This document shows, piece by piece, positions 1-12,423 of a stretch of DNA of 64,000 nt (positions within the stretch are counted from its first letter, which is position 1; every line of letters begins with the position of its first letter). This DNA is from Nageia nagi (taxonomy: Eukaryota > Plantae > Pinophyta), in contig JBITNC010000001.1 of NCBI GenBank assembly GCA_050084985.1, forward strand, positions 180,978,001 through 181,042,000, in the 5' to 3' direction. The position numbers were made by a program, and so were the translations under genes. Under the pieces are notes generated by a model. The model made no database searches, was not told where the DNA came from, and saw only the letters and a list, made by a program, of their open reading frames with translations.

Positions 1-153
1 GAGGAGGTGGTGGTTTTGCTCTTGGAGTATCCATTGCCTCGTGCACTTTGGTGTTGGATCTCAATTTGAGATTGGGGATGATTCTTCCCTCTACCAGTAC
101 TAGAGGCAGAGGCAACGCGAAATATGATTGCCTCCTTGTAGCACTAGAAGGGC

Positions 154-261
154 CATGTGTCAATCATACTGGTGGCCTAAACCTATTAGTGGAGCATGTG
201 TCAATCATATTGGTGGCCTAAACCTATTAGTGGAGCATGTGTAAATCATACTGGTGGCCTA
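154..261. repeat. 41-bp tandem repeat, about 2.6 copies
   Basis: CATGTGTCAATCATACTGGTGGCCTAAACCTATTAGTGGAG begins at 154, 195 and 236. Confidence 0.85.
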
Positions 262-2445
262 TTTATTAATAAAAGGGCTAGAGCCTCAGGCCATTCACAT
301 TGATGCCTTGATATTGTATCTAGTTATTTACTATTTTTTGCACTTGATGGCACTTGGCAGTATGAGACTTAGAAGTTATGAGTAGACGTTTGACATACAT
401 TTTGTATATAGCTTTTTATTTCATATGTTTTTGTATATTGATGTTATGATTTATGAATATGAATTATGATCTACTATAATTTTCTTTAAATTTATGTTAT
501 GAATGTGTTGTTGGATGATATGGCCCATATGGGAATGAATTTATGGAAATTAGATAAGCATATTCTATAGAAAAAAAATTGCATGTTTTTTTTTTTTCAT
601 GTTTTTTTCCCATTTTTTTTTCCAAATTTTTGTTATTTTTAATGTTTTGGCCCAAAGCCATTTTTACTCCGAACCCAAATTTGTATACACCAGTATATAT
701 ATCATTGATTTTCTTGGACAAAGCTGCAAATATTAACTTCTCCTAAGCTTGATTTAATGATTCACTATGGCAAAGCTCTTTTAATGAATAAACAACATCA
801 AATGTTGTAGCTTTGAGAAAGTTAAATTCTAAAAGTGTTATATAAAATTAAAGGCGAAGTCTTGCAGTTTTCTAGAAGTAAATCAGCAAAGTTTTGTCCA
901 ATAATGTAATTTTTATGGGAGTTATAGCAGTTGAGGGGCTCAAGACGTCAGTGTTGCACAACATAATCAAAATTTGTAACAAGCCATTCATCCATATCCA
1001 ATGGTTCCACAAGCTGACTATCAATTAGTATGCATTACATGTTGTGATATGTTTCCCATGTACTAAACATGGGAAGGTTTGATGGTAAAACAAAGGAACA
1101 AAGAAGGGAATTTAGATACAAAGGCTAGTGTCCATTCTCCAAGCCTTGAAAAATTATCATTGGACCATGTGCATCAAATATAAACAATGAAATACCGTTT
1201 TGAGTTTCACAAAGAACATGTCATAACTTGAGTAGAAAAATTAAAATTGCCCACAACATGACCTTATAAAGGTTAATCTAATAAACATAAGGGTCAATTA
1301 AATTGAAAAACTAAAACATGGCCTTTTGCATTACAAACACCTAAGCTACCACATAAAAGCAAGATTAGAGCAAACAAAAAAATTCTCAAGTAATAGAAAT
1401 ACTCTCCAAGGTTAGCCCTATACATCAATTTAGAAACCAATTTGAATGCATATTGTTTATTTGAAAAATCTTATGTTGGTTGGGTAACATTGACTCTGTT
1501 TGGGGAATCACTCCCCTTGGTATGTAAAGAATCGAAAGATTTAGTTAGTTCATGAAGAATAGAGACTTTGTCCCACAAATCAGTGGACCATAATGAAAAC
1601 AAAATAGGACTCTCTGCCCTCAAATATTAAGTCTACAGTTAACAACCCACCGTTGGCAAAGAATGAAAAAAATACAAAATGAACAGAATCACATTTGTGA
1701 TGAATTCCACCTACTTGGATAAACAATGCTTAACAGGAAATTGAAGCTATGTTGGCCTGATCATTGGCCACTTTTATTCATGTTTCATTTTAATGTATAT
1801 ATAATTATGTAAGGCTCAATCTGTAATAAGTGGAATAATCAAAGTTGTAACCAAGAAGTTAAATAATTTCCATTTGTCAAATGTAGTTTTCTATTCTTTG
1901 TTAACTGAAGTCGAATTGGCCTTTTAAAATTTACAATTGGAGTAAGGTATGTATGGTAACACATATCCAATACAAGATGAGCATTGATAGGCCCTCATGG
2001 GTTACCCCATGCTGATGCTATTTGGTTAAAACTATGCTCATTTGAACAAGAAGAGCTTTAGTTTCAAGTCAAGAAGTAGGATCATGAACCTCTATTAGCA
2101 AATCTGATTTTTCCATCTTAGTTCCCATGGTAGGCACACTTTAATTTTCATTTCCAAGGAAATTCAGCTATCAACATGTGGCATACCTTAAATAAATAAA
2201 GATTTGGAATCTTCCATCTTAGAGACAAGTTTTCATAATTAGCAACCGTAAACATGACTCAGATTAGACCTATTATTGCAAGGAGTGATTATTATATCCT
2301 CACCATACACATCTTGTTTCTTGGGAGTCATGAGGATTGGTGTATACAAGGAATCAATATTGCACCAATATTATTTATAATTCCAACTGCAAGAGCTTTT
2401 ATTCTTTTTGATAACAGTTAATACAATATTTTGAAACATCTTCTT

Positions 2446-2904
2446 TAAAGATACTCAAAAAATCTTAAAGCATGGCAACCCAACCATTCACATACAAAAC
2501 TAATTCAACAATTTCTGCAGATCTAATGAGCAATGTGGAATTTATTATTGAGACATTCTGTCAAACAGTTTGCTATACAAAAACAGAGTGCAATCTGTGA
2601 ATAGCACTTATTAATTCCACAATCTAAACCAACAACATGTTGATATCATCAACTTATACATCTCGAAGCTAACTATTACATAACAGAAACAAAAAGAACT
2701 TGATCTAACTGAAAAACGACATTATTCAGGTCGCCCAACTGCCCAGAAAACTGTCAATCCAAAACGTGGTCGCGTTTCCAGGTCATCTAAAACGCGGTCG
2801 CGTTTCTTTACTGAAACGCGTTGGGCTATCGCGTTTTATCTGCAAATAACAAAGTTAACCTTTAATCTTCAAATTTTGAACTCTGATGAGTTCCATTCGC
2901 AACA
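2446..2904 (-). repeat. 3' LTR of Copia-1
   Basis: Near-identical to 7283-7741; termini TG…TA in element orientation. Confidence 0.95.
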
Positions 2905-3161
2905 TACTTCCCCTTGATGGTGAGAGGGCTAACAATAAGATCTCTCAACATCAAAAATTGAGATTTGGCAACTTGTTTGGTAAAAATATCAGCAATTTGA
3001 TCTTTGGTGTTGCAATATCTGAGTTTAATCAAACCTTTCTCCACCATATCTCTGATAAAATGATACTTGATATCAAAATGTTTAGAACGAGCATGGTGTA
3101 CTGGATTTTGTGCCAACTTAATGGCACTTTGATTATCACAAAATAGTGTTGTAGAATGACC

Positions 3162-6100
3162 CTATTTCTCACCTATCTCATCAAGAATTTTTTGAAGCCA
3201 TAAAGCTTGTGTACCAGCTGAGGTTAATGCTACATACTCAGCTTCTGTAGAGGAAAAAGCTACTGTAGCTTGCTTCTTTGAACTCCAAGTAACCAATCCT
3301 GTTCCAAGTGAGAAACAATTGCCACTAGTAGACTTTCTATCATCAAGATTACTTCCCCAATCACTGTCACTAAAACCAATCAGTTTCACACTGTCAGTAG
3401 AGAAGTAATGAATACCAAAATTTACTGTACCACATACATACCTCAGAATTCTTTTGGCTGCCTTCAAGTGTAAACAAGAAGGATCAGCCATGTACCTAGA
3501 ACATAGAGAAACTGCATAACATATGTCCGGTCTTGTGTTACATAGAAACATTAAACTTCCCACAATGCTTCTATAATCTGTTTTGTTTACCTTCTCAGCC
3601 CCATCATCTAAACTCAAACATTCTCCATGTGCAATTGGAGTAGCCACAGGTTTACATTCACTCATTCCAAACCTTTTTAACATTTCTCTTGCATACTTAG
3701 TTTGACAAAGAAATATCTCATCATGTGTTTGATGTACCTCCATGCCCAAAAAATAACTCATTAAACCTAGATCAGTCATTTCAAATTCTTTTTTCATCTC
3801 AGCTTTAAATAATTCACATAAAGAAGAGCTACTTCCCATTACCAACATATCATCTACATACAAGCAAACAAGTAGAATATCAGTACCTTGTTTCTTGTAA
3901 TACAACGTATGTTCAGTTTTGCTTGTTTGAAAACCACTTTTGAGAAAATAGTCATTGATTCTAGTGTACCATGCTCGAGGAGCCTGCTTCAGCCCATATA
4001 AGGCTTTATTCAATTTATAAACTTGATCTTCTTTACCTTGAATCTCAAAACCTTGAGGTTGTGCTAGATACACTTCTTCTTCAAGATAGCCATTAAGAAA
4101 TGCACTCTTCACATCCATGTGATGCACTTTCCAACGCTTGTTGGCAGCGAATGAAAGCACCATCCGGATTGTCTCTTGCCTTGCAACAGGAGCAAAAGTT
4201 TCCTCATAATCAATGCCATACTTTTGTGTAAACCCTCTTGCAACCAACCTTGCTTTGTATCTTTCAACCGAACCATCACTATTCTTCTTGATCTTGTAAA
4301 TCCATTTACAACCAATGCATTTTCTATTTTGGGGCAGCTTACATAACGTCCATGTGTCATTCTTAACAATGGAGGAAATTTCCTCATTCATAGCCTTCAA
4401 CCACACTTTGTTAGAACATGCTTGTTCAAAACAAGAAGGCTCACAAACATCAACATTAATAACTTTAGAAACACTAGAAGTAGAAGTAGAAGCCATTAAA
4501 GCAAAGTTTACCAAATCACCTTTAGGCTCACCATTGTCTTCATCACCAAGAATGTGCAAGTTTTCAAGCCTTTGCAAAGCAGCCTCAAACTCCTTGTGTT
4601 GACTCCTTGTCAATCGTTTTGAAAAATTCTGATCCAACATTTGAGAAGCAGGATGATCCTTCATTATCTTTTTACCCTTGGGACTTGAAGATACATTTGA
4701 AGGCCCCATTTGTGAAACAGAACCAGATCTGGGCTGAACATTCCTTTGATCATTTTCTTCATTTTTTTCAACCACACCATCATGAACAGGAAGCTGATGA
4801 CATTTTTTAGACTTCCAATTTTCCCCTTCATCAAAAATGACATCCCTAGAAACCACAACTTTGTGTGAAATTGGATTGTAAAATCTATACGCTTTAGAGT
4901 GATCACTATAGCCAATAAACACACACTTCTCACTCTTAGCATCAAGTTTTTTTCTATTTTCATCATTAACATGTACATAAGCAAGACAACCAAAAACCTT
5001 CAAATGTTTCACACTTGGCTTCTTTCCAAACCAACATTCATAAGAAGTAAGATTAGCCAAACTCCGTGTATAGCTTCTATTTAAAAGATAAACAGCAGTT
5101 CGAACAGCTTCAGCCCAATAAAAATTACTCAAACTTTGAGTATGCATCATACATCTTGCCATTTCAACCAAAGTTCGGTTCTTTCTTTCGGCAACTCCAT
5201 TTTGTTGGGGTGTATATGGTGAAGTTAATTGCCGCTTAATACCAGAATCTCTACAAAACTTCAGAAAATCATTAGAACAAAACTCTCCACCACGATCAGT
5301 TCTTAAACACTTAATAGTGTACCCACTTTGGTTCTCAACATTGGCTTTAAAAACTTTGAAATACTCAAAAGCCTCATCTTTGTGTTTAAGAAAATAGACC
5401 CAACAATATCTTGAAAAATCATCAATGAAGGTAAGAAAATAGGAAGCTTTACCCATACTTTGTGTTTGCATTGGCCCACAAAGATCACTATGCACCAGTT
5501 GCAAAGGAGATTGAGCTCTCCATGCTTCATTTTTTGGAAAATGTCCCCTTGCATGTTTGCCAAGCGCACACCCTTCACACACCATATTAGTATTTTGAAC
5601 CTTTGGCAAACCATACACAAGTGGAGATAATAACTTCAAACTCTGAAAATTCACATGGCCAAACCGCAAATGCCACAAATTAGCATGATCATCAATGCTC
5701 ACACATGCAATACCTCCCTCTTGCTGTACAAATTTGATGGGAAAAAGCTTATTTTTATTCATTTTGACTGTAGTGACCAGCCTGCCACCGTTATTCTTAT
5801 CATAAATCTTGCACATTTTATCTTCAAAAACCAATTTATAATTATTTTCCAACATTTGGCCAACACTTAACAAAGATTGTTTTAAATCAGGAGCAAAATA
5901 AATGCTTTTTACCTTCATATTACCTCTCTTAGTAGGAACCATCATGTTCCCTTTTGCTATAACATCCAAAAACTTTTCATTCCCAAGTTTGATGCTTGAA
6001 CGAAAAGAATGATCAAGAGAGGATAACAACTTTTTTTTTCCAGTCATGTGATGTGAACAACCACTATCAAGAACCCAAGTGTCATCTTCTTCTTCTTCTT

Positions 6101-7157
6101 GTGAAATGAGTGCTTTGGCTACATGATTTTCCTCTTGAACAACAGAAAGAAACAAGACATCTTCTTCATAAGTATCTTCCTCTTCATAATCTCCATAAGA
6201 TTCTTCTTCTTCCCCATAATTTGCTGATCTATTAGCTTGAGCAACTTGTTTCAGCCGACATTCTCTCTCAAAATGGCCAAATTTGTTACAATAATAACAT
6301 TGTACATTTCTTTTGTCTCTTCCTCTACCTCTTGTAGGATATCCTCCTCTAGGATTAGCACTTGCACTGTTGGCTTGATCACCATCAGAAAGTTGATCTC
6401 TACCTCTTCCCCTTCCAAATGAGCCTCTTCTTCCTCCTCTATCATTTCGACCTCTACCTCTAGTACCTCTACCTTGTCCTCTTCCACCATTATTGTCATT
6501 TTCTCTTATTGAAAAAGCTTGTTCTTCACTAGTACCAATCTTGGACCTTCTCAAAAACCTCTCTTCTTGTGATATGAGAGATCCAACCAATTGATCAAAT
6601 TCCAGAGTAGAAAGATCTTTAGTTTCTTCAATCACTAAAGCCACATTGTCCCATTTTGGTAATAAAGTCCTCAAAACTTTTTTAATTACCAAAGCTTTCT
6701 CCAAATCATCTCCAAGAGTAGCCATTTTATTCACTATGGCCTTCACTCGTACACAATAATCACCCATACTCTCATTTTCAAGCTGTGTGAGATTCTCAAA
6801 ATCTCTTCTAAGTGTTTGAAGTTTTACTTCCTTCACTTTGACACTTCCTTGATAAGCTTCTTTCAAAGCTTTCCATGCATTAAAAGCAGTCCTATGAACT
6901 GATATTCTTGGAAAAATGCTCTTATCTAGAGCAACTTGGATATGTGACAAAGCCTGAAAGTTCTTTTTCTTCATCTCTCTTATTTCTTTTTGTTGATCTG
7001 CATTTAGAACACTCCAATCAGTAGGTTCTGTGTAGCCAACTTCAACAACATCCCATAAGTCTTTTCCTTCCAACAGTGTCATCATTCGAATACTCCAGTA
7101 TTCATAATCTGATCCATCAAATTCTGGAATTGGTATTGAGTTTGAAACATTTGCCAT
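3162..7157 (-). CDS. Copia Gag-Pol polyprotein (Gag, CCHC knuckle, protease, integrase, RT, RNase H), cut by one premature TAG in RNase H
   Basis: 1331-aa ORF with [73 protein letters not shown] and SDSDW. The same frame resumes after the TAG and runs to 2862 (CDNQSAI…KHFDIKYHFIRD…ADIFTK). Confidence 0.95.
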   Translation of the reverse strand: MANVSNSIPIPEFDGSDYEYWSIRMMTLLEGKDLWDVVEVGYTEPTDWSVLNADQQKEIREMKKKNFQALSHIQVALDKSIFPRISVHRTAFNAWKALKEAYQGSVKVKEVKLQTLRRDFENLTQLENESMGDYCVRVKAIVNKMATLGDDLEKALVIKKVLRTLLPKWDNVALVIEETKDLSTLEFDQLVGSLISQEERFLRRSKIGTSEEQAFSIRENDNNGGRGQGRGTRGRGRNDRGGRRGSFGRGRGRDQLSDGDQANSASANPRGGYPTRGRGRDKRNVQCYYCNKFGHFERECRLKQVAQANRSANYGEEEESYGDYEEEDTYEEDVLFLSVVQEENHVAKALISQEEEEDDTWVLDSGCSHHMTGKKKLLSSLDHSFRSSIKLGNEKFLDVIAKGNMMVPTKRGNMKVKSIYFAPDLKQSLLSVGQMLENNYKLVFEDKMCKIYDKNNGGRLVTTVKMNKNKLFPIKFVQQEGGIACVSIDDHANLWHLRFGHVNFQSLKLLSPLVYGLPKVQNTNMVCEGCALGKHARGHFPKNEAWRAQSPLQLVHSDLCGPMQTQSMGKASYFLTFIDDFSRYCWVYFLKHKDEAFEYFKVFKANVENQSGYTIKCLRTDRGGEFCSNDFLKFCRDSGIKRQLTSPYTPQQNGVAERKNRTLVEMARCMMHTQSLSNFYWAEAVRTAVYLLNRSYTRSLANLTSYECWFGKKPSVKHLKVFGCLAYVHVNDENRKKLDAKSEKCVFIGYSDHSKAYRFYNPISHKVVVSRDVIFDEGENWKSKKCHQLPVHDGVVEKNEENDQRNVQPRSGSVSQMGPSNVSSSPKGKKIMKDHPASQMLDQNFSKRLTRSQHKEFEAALQRLENLHILGDEDNGEPKGDLVNFALMASTSTSSVSKVINVDVCEPSCFEQACSNKVWLKAMNEEISSIVKNDTWTLCKLPQNRKCIGCKWIYKIKKNSDGSVERYKARLVARGFTQKYGIDYEETFAPVARQETIRMVLSFAANKRWKVHHMDVKSAFLNGYLEEEVYLAQPQGFEIQGKEDQVYKLNKALYGLKQAPRAWYTRINDYFLKSGFQTSKTEHTLYYKKQGTDILLVCLYVDDMLVMGSSSSLCELFKAEMKKEFEMTDLGLMSYFLGMEVHQTHDEIFLCQTKYAREMLKRFGMSECKPVATPIAHGECLSLDDGAEKVNKTDYRSIVGSLMFLCNTRPDICYAVSLCSRYMADPSCLHLKAAKRILRYVCGTVNFGIHYFSTDSVKLIGFSDSDWGSNLDDRKSTSGNCFSLGTGLVTWSSKKQATVAFSSTEAEYVALTSAGTQALWLQKILDEIGEK

Positions 7158-7282
7158 AACAGCAAGTCTTCAACACTTCTTGAATTTATCAAAAACGAAA
7201 TTCTTCTCAAAACCCTTTTCCACAACACCACAACTTAGAATCAAAAGAACTCAATCCAGATTATCTTGGCTTTGATACCAAA

Positions 7283-7741
7283 TAAAGATACTCAAAAAAT
7301 CTTAAAGCATGGCAACCCACCCATTCACATACAAAACTAATTCAACAATTTCTGCAGATCTAATGATCAATGTGGAATTTATTATTGAGACATTCTGTCA
7401 AACAGTTTGCTATACAAAAACAGAGTGCAATCTGTGAATAGCACTTATTAATTCCACAATCTAAACCAACAACATGTTGATATCATCAACTTATACATCT
7501 CGAAGCTAACTATTACATAACAGAAACAAAAAGAACTTGATCTAACTGAAAAACGACATTATTCAGGTCGCCCAACTGCCCAGAAAACTGTCAATCCAAA
7601 ACGTGGTCGCGTTTCCAGGTCACCTAAAACGCGGTCGTGTTTCTTTACTGAAACGCGTTGGGCTATTGCGTTTTATCTGCAAATAACAAAATTAACCTTT
7701 AATCTTCAAATTTTGAACTCTGATGAGTTCCATTCGCAACA
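7283..7741 (-). repeat. 5' LTR of Copia-1
   Basis: Followed by the PBS in element orientation; near-identical to 2446-2904. Confidence 0.95.
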
Positions 7742-7852
7742 TTCTTTATGTATTCTCCTTCCAAACACATGGAACATGTTATTCCAACATTAATACTACT
7801 CTCACTCATGCAAACTAAGGAAGTATGTCTACTCTATACAAAAGGAATAAAA

Positions 7853-8789
7853 CAATGTTCCACGGGGATGCGTTCCCTCTCCTAGAGGAGCCATTCCCGA
7901 CGTTCCCAGGTTTTGGGAACTTAGAAATGTTTGGGAAATGTTCCCTAGCCATTCCCTTTTTGGGGAACGACTGGGTGACGTTCCCGAAATGCCCCTTAGG
8001 GTTGGGGAAACTTCCCCAAACTATCCCTCAATTCGGGAACGGCCAAGGAACTTTTGATGTTCCCCAACCATTCTCGGGGACTTCTGGCGTTCCCCCCACG
8101 TTTGGGCATGCGTAGCAGGGAAAAAGTAAAAAAACAATATTTAACTTAAAAAAAAAAAAAAAAAAACACTTAAGTGCCTTGTGATGGGATCCACCCATTT
8201 TTGCACTCCCTCTAACCCTAAAAAGGTCTTACAAACTTCATCAAAAAATGATTTTGTAATCACTTTTAATTGTGTGTAGTTAAGAGAGAAATAGAACATC
8301 AGTTAGTAGAAAAAATACAGCAGTAGAAGAAAATGACAGCAGTGAGGAGAAAGGGACAACAATTATTCAGATACTTATTTGATATTTCAATATTTCACTA
8401 TTCGACATACTCATGTCGATGTCCACTCTATGTGTTTGATTCAGTCTTTCATACCTATGACATTATGATTCAGATTGATTATGAGTATGACATTATGATT
8501 GTGTTATCAGATTTATCGTTTTTTTTATATGATTATGTCTTGAAGTTGAATTTCTAATTTCAATTCCATGTTTTCAATTTGTATACATGATTAAAGTTGA
8601 TAATATGATTATTCATCATAATAATAATGAATTGGAAATGATAAAATCTTAAAAATCTGATAATTTTTACTAGTATTATATTTGCCATTCTCTTGCATTC
8701 CTCAAAAATGACCCTTTATGTTCCCCCGTTCCTGGATACATGTTCCCCCGTTCCCCCATTTCCCCATTCCCCAGCCGTGTGGAACATTG
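7853..8789. mobile_element. Non-autonomous hAT element (MITE-like, 937 bp)
   Basis: 11-bp TIR CAATGTTCCAC/GTGGAACATTG; 8-bp TSD GAATAAAA/GGATAAAA; many subterminal GTTCCC/GGGAAC motifs. Confidence 0.85.
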
Positions 8790-10628
8790 GGATAAAATGA
8801 TAATGTAAGTTGCAGAAAACCTGATATAGAAGTACAAAAGTGCGACTTCCTAAATTTTCTATGAAATCTAGAAGTTTGGGTCACTAAGGAAGATCTGAAT
8901 AAACTTGCCTTGTGATGGCTTAAGGAAATAAATGAATGTTAAAAAAAACCTTAGTAGTATCTTGAAGACCAAAATTGGCTTTTGGTAAATAAATGAAGAT
9001 TACAACTTGTTGAAAATTGAGCTTAGTTGGACAGTCAAACCTGCAGTTCGTTAGGATTTTGGGAAGTCTCTAGTATTTAACGTGTTTAGCATCTTTGACT
9101 CTATTTTTGTTGTTTGTTTTCCATGTCACTTAGTGGGTTTCCTCTTTGTAACTCCTAGGACAAATTGTAATAGTTTTTAGTTATTTGTAGTAGGAATTTA
9201 GTCAATGTTTTGTCTAACAGTTCAAAGAGTTTTAACTTTCAAGTAGTCTTCAGCTATTAGCCTTCCATGGAGCATCTTTATGTTATAGATCCATGGATAT
9301 ATATATTTGTGTATTCTTTTCATGAATAATACATGAGATGATTCAATAGGAATGATTATGAATACTAGTACTAATCATCTTCCCATTCCTAAGTTCAATA
9401 GGGATGATTATGAATATTGGTCCTTGAAGATGAAGACTTTGCTCATAGGAAAAGGAGTGTGGGACATCATAGAAGATGGCTATGTGGAGCCAAATTGGAG
9501 CACACTTCCAGTTGTATATAGGCCAGCCAAGAGGGAGGCCCAAAAGAAGAATTCCTTTGCACTCTACCATCTCCAAACTGTCTAGGACAAGAGTTTGTTC
9601 CCAAGAATTGCTAGTTGTACTACAACTAGTGATGCATGGAAAGCCTTGAAGGATAGGTTCTAAGGCAATGACCAAGTGAAGCAAGTGAGGCTTCAAACTT
9701 TGAAGATTGAGTTTGAAAATCTGAAGCAAAAGGAGGATTAGAAGGTTGGAGAATATTGTGTGAGTGTCAAAGCATGTGTTAAAAAGATTGAGACATTTGG
9801 AGATGAGGTCAAGAATGAAGTGGTAGTAAAGAAAGTCTTGAGATCACTTCTTCCCAAATGGAACAATGTAGCTTTAATAATAGAGGAAAGCAAAAATCTT
9901 GTTGCCTTTGATTATGATCAGCTTATTGGTTCCCTTACATCCCATGAAGAAAGACTCTCTTCACCTTCAAATGTTGGGGGAGTGGAAGAGAAGGCCTTTG
10001 CATCCAAAGAAGGTGACTCCAATTGTAATGGCCAAGGAGGAGGCCAAGGGAGAGGAAGAGGAAGAGGAAGGTGAGGAGGCTTTCAAGGTAGAGGAGGTGC
10101 TCAAGGAAGATGGAGAGGTGGTTTTCCAAGAGGTGACAAAAGAGATAAACAATGTTACTACGATGAAAAAAGAGATTAACAATGTTACTACTGTAACAAG
10201 TTTGGCCACTATGAAAGGGAGTGTAGGCTGAAGGTTTCTCAAGAGGGAGACCAAAGCGTACACTTTGGTGAAAATGATAGCTTCACTTTGTTTTTTTGTC
10301 TTATGCTAACACAACTCAAAATTTTGATGAAACTTGGCTCGACACGGGTTGTTCCAACCATATGATCAACAAGGGAGAGTTGTTTTGTGCCATGAATGAC
10401 TCCTACAAGTCCAAGGTAACACTTGGTGATGACAAAACCATTCAAGTTGAAGGCATGGGAGCTATGGAGGTGGACACCACTCAAGGTAAAAAGAAGGTTA
10501 ATGATGTTTATTTCACTCCAAATTTGAAACATAACTTATTAAGTGTGGGCCAAATAATGGAAAAGAACTACAAACTTGTGTTTGAAGATAGGAAGTGTGT
10601 TATTTTTGATAAGAACAATGGGCACAAA

Positions 10629-11717
10629 TGTGACATCCCCCTTGCATTATTGTATTTAATTATGGAATTCTATGAATTTCCCTTTGTAACATATTTTATT
10701 GTTATGTTATGTTTTAAGTTAGGACTTGGGGTAGAAGACTTAATGGGTCAATGGACCCCACTATGAGCCCCAAGTGGGATGAATCCCTCCCAAGCATATA
10801 TTAGGTGTTTAATTGTACTTGGAGATCCCGATCATGATTGTGGGAATCCAAAGGTTTGGTTAGCACTTGGATGGATGAGCACTTGTATACATGCACCAGC
10901 CTTAGGGAGACTCCTAGACCCCCATGTTGGCCCATGATGACACCCAACCCCCACACATGGCTCCTAGACCCACGTTAGGCATGCGTGGCACTCTAGACGC
11001 CCATGTTGGCATGCTTGACCCCTAGGCACCCATGTTGGGCATTCTAGCCCCCCCTAGGAGGCTAATGTTGGATTAGAGGAGCTATGAATGATTCCTAGGT
11101 GAGATCTAGATTCAGTGAAGTGTTATAAAAAGGCATTGGAGCCTCATAGCTGGATATACTTGATTATTATTACACTTGATATCGTCCAAAAGACAAAAAG
11201 TCTTAGCGGCGCTAAGCAAACCCCTTGGTGCAACATCTAGGAGGACTAGCAGGCTGAGGGAACCTGTTAGTCTATGACATTGGTGTAGCACCCTTGCCCA
11301 TCCAGTGGTATTTAGAGGTTGTGCTTCTACCTTTAGTGGTTTCTAGGATCAGAGGATGGCTCCTTCGATGCAAAGGATTTGGGTTATAAGGGAGAAAGAT
11401 TGTCCCAACCATCCATCTAGTTTGAGGATACACATTGTGCCCTAGTTGGTTCCCTTGAGGCAAACGTCAGGGCCCGATATTGTATTGTTGATCACCATTC
11501 ATCTTATGTACAGTCGTTGGGCATTGGATCGCCATATTTGTCGTGTATGCTTTATTATTGCAACATTGTGGTTTCTTTACTCATTCATGCATGCTTAAGC
11601 CAAATGTTGGCATTGTGAGGGTTTGGATACTTGTATTTGCACTTCTAGGCCAGACGTGGGTATTTACTTGGTTTGAAATTGTTAATTTGCACTTAAAATT
11701 GTAATTGGATCTTTACA
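10629..11717 (+). mobile_element. Solo LTR (Gypsy family of the 20957-26752 element) inserted in Copia-2
   Basis: TGTGACATCCCC…TTTACA; perfect TSD ACAAA at 10624-10628 and 11718-11722. Confidence 0.92.
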
Positions 11718-12097
11718 ACAAACATGTCCCCACTATTCCTATGACAAGGAATCGACTATTTCCTCTTAAGTTTGGTGAGCAAAGTTCTAATTTTGCAATG
11801 TTGCAATTGATGATAAAAGTTGGCTTTGGCACTTGAGATATGGGCATCTTAACTTTGTATGTTTGAGAATGTTGGTTTCATTTGAGATGGTGGATGGGCT
11901 GCCAAAGGCCCAAGAACACAAAGAAGTATGTGAAGGTTTTGCTTTGGGCAAGCACTCAAGGGCAAGCTTTCCAAGAGGCCAAGCATGGAGAGCCTCCTAT
12001 CCTCTTTAACTGGTGCATAGTGACATTTGTGGTCCTATGCAAACTCCAAGTATTGGTAAACATTTCTATTTCCTTACCTTTATGGACGACTACTCAA

Positions 12098-12423
12098 GGA
12101 TGTGTTGGATCTATTTTCTAAAAATAAAGGATGAAGCTTTTACATATTTTAAGGATTTTAAGCACTGTGGAAAAACAAAGTGGTTATTGGTTGAAATGTT
12201 TAAGAACAAATAGAGGGGGAGAGTTTTGTAGTAATGAATTTTTGCAATATTGTAAAGATTGGATGTGTTGGATCTATTTTCTAAAAATAAAGGATGAAGC
12301 TTTTACATATTTTAAGGATTTTAAGCACTATGGAAAAACAAAGTGGTTATTGGTTGAAATGTTTAAGAACAAATAGAGGGGGAGAGTTTTGTAGTAATGA
12401 ATTTTTGCAATAATGTAAAGATT
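12098..12423 (+). repeat. 163-bp tandem duplication within the Copia-2 integrase
   Basis: GGATGTGTTGGATC…GTAAAGATT repeated at 12098-12260 and 12261-12423. Confidence 0.92.

Larger units (their letters stand above)
2446..7741 (-). mobile_element. Full-length young Ty1/Copia LTR retrotransposon (Copia-1)
   Basis: 459-bp LTRs at 2446-2904 and 7283-7741 (6 mismatches by my count). TSD TTCTT at 2441-2445 and 7742-7746. tRNA-iMet-type PBS TGGTATCAAAGC at 7269-7280; PPT AAGGGGAAGTA next to the 3' LTR. Confidence 0.97.

Noticed and set aside
154-261. CRISPR-like appearance of short repeats here and within LTRs
   Set aside because: Head-to-tail repeats without unique spacers, in eukaryotic DNA with no cas genes.
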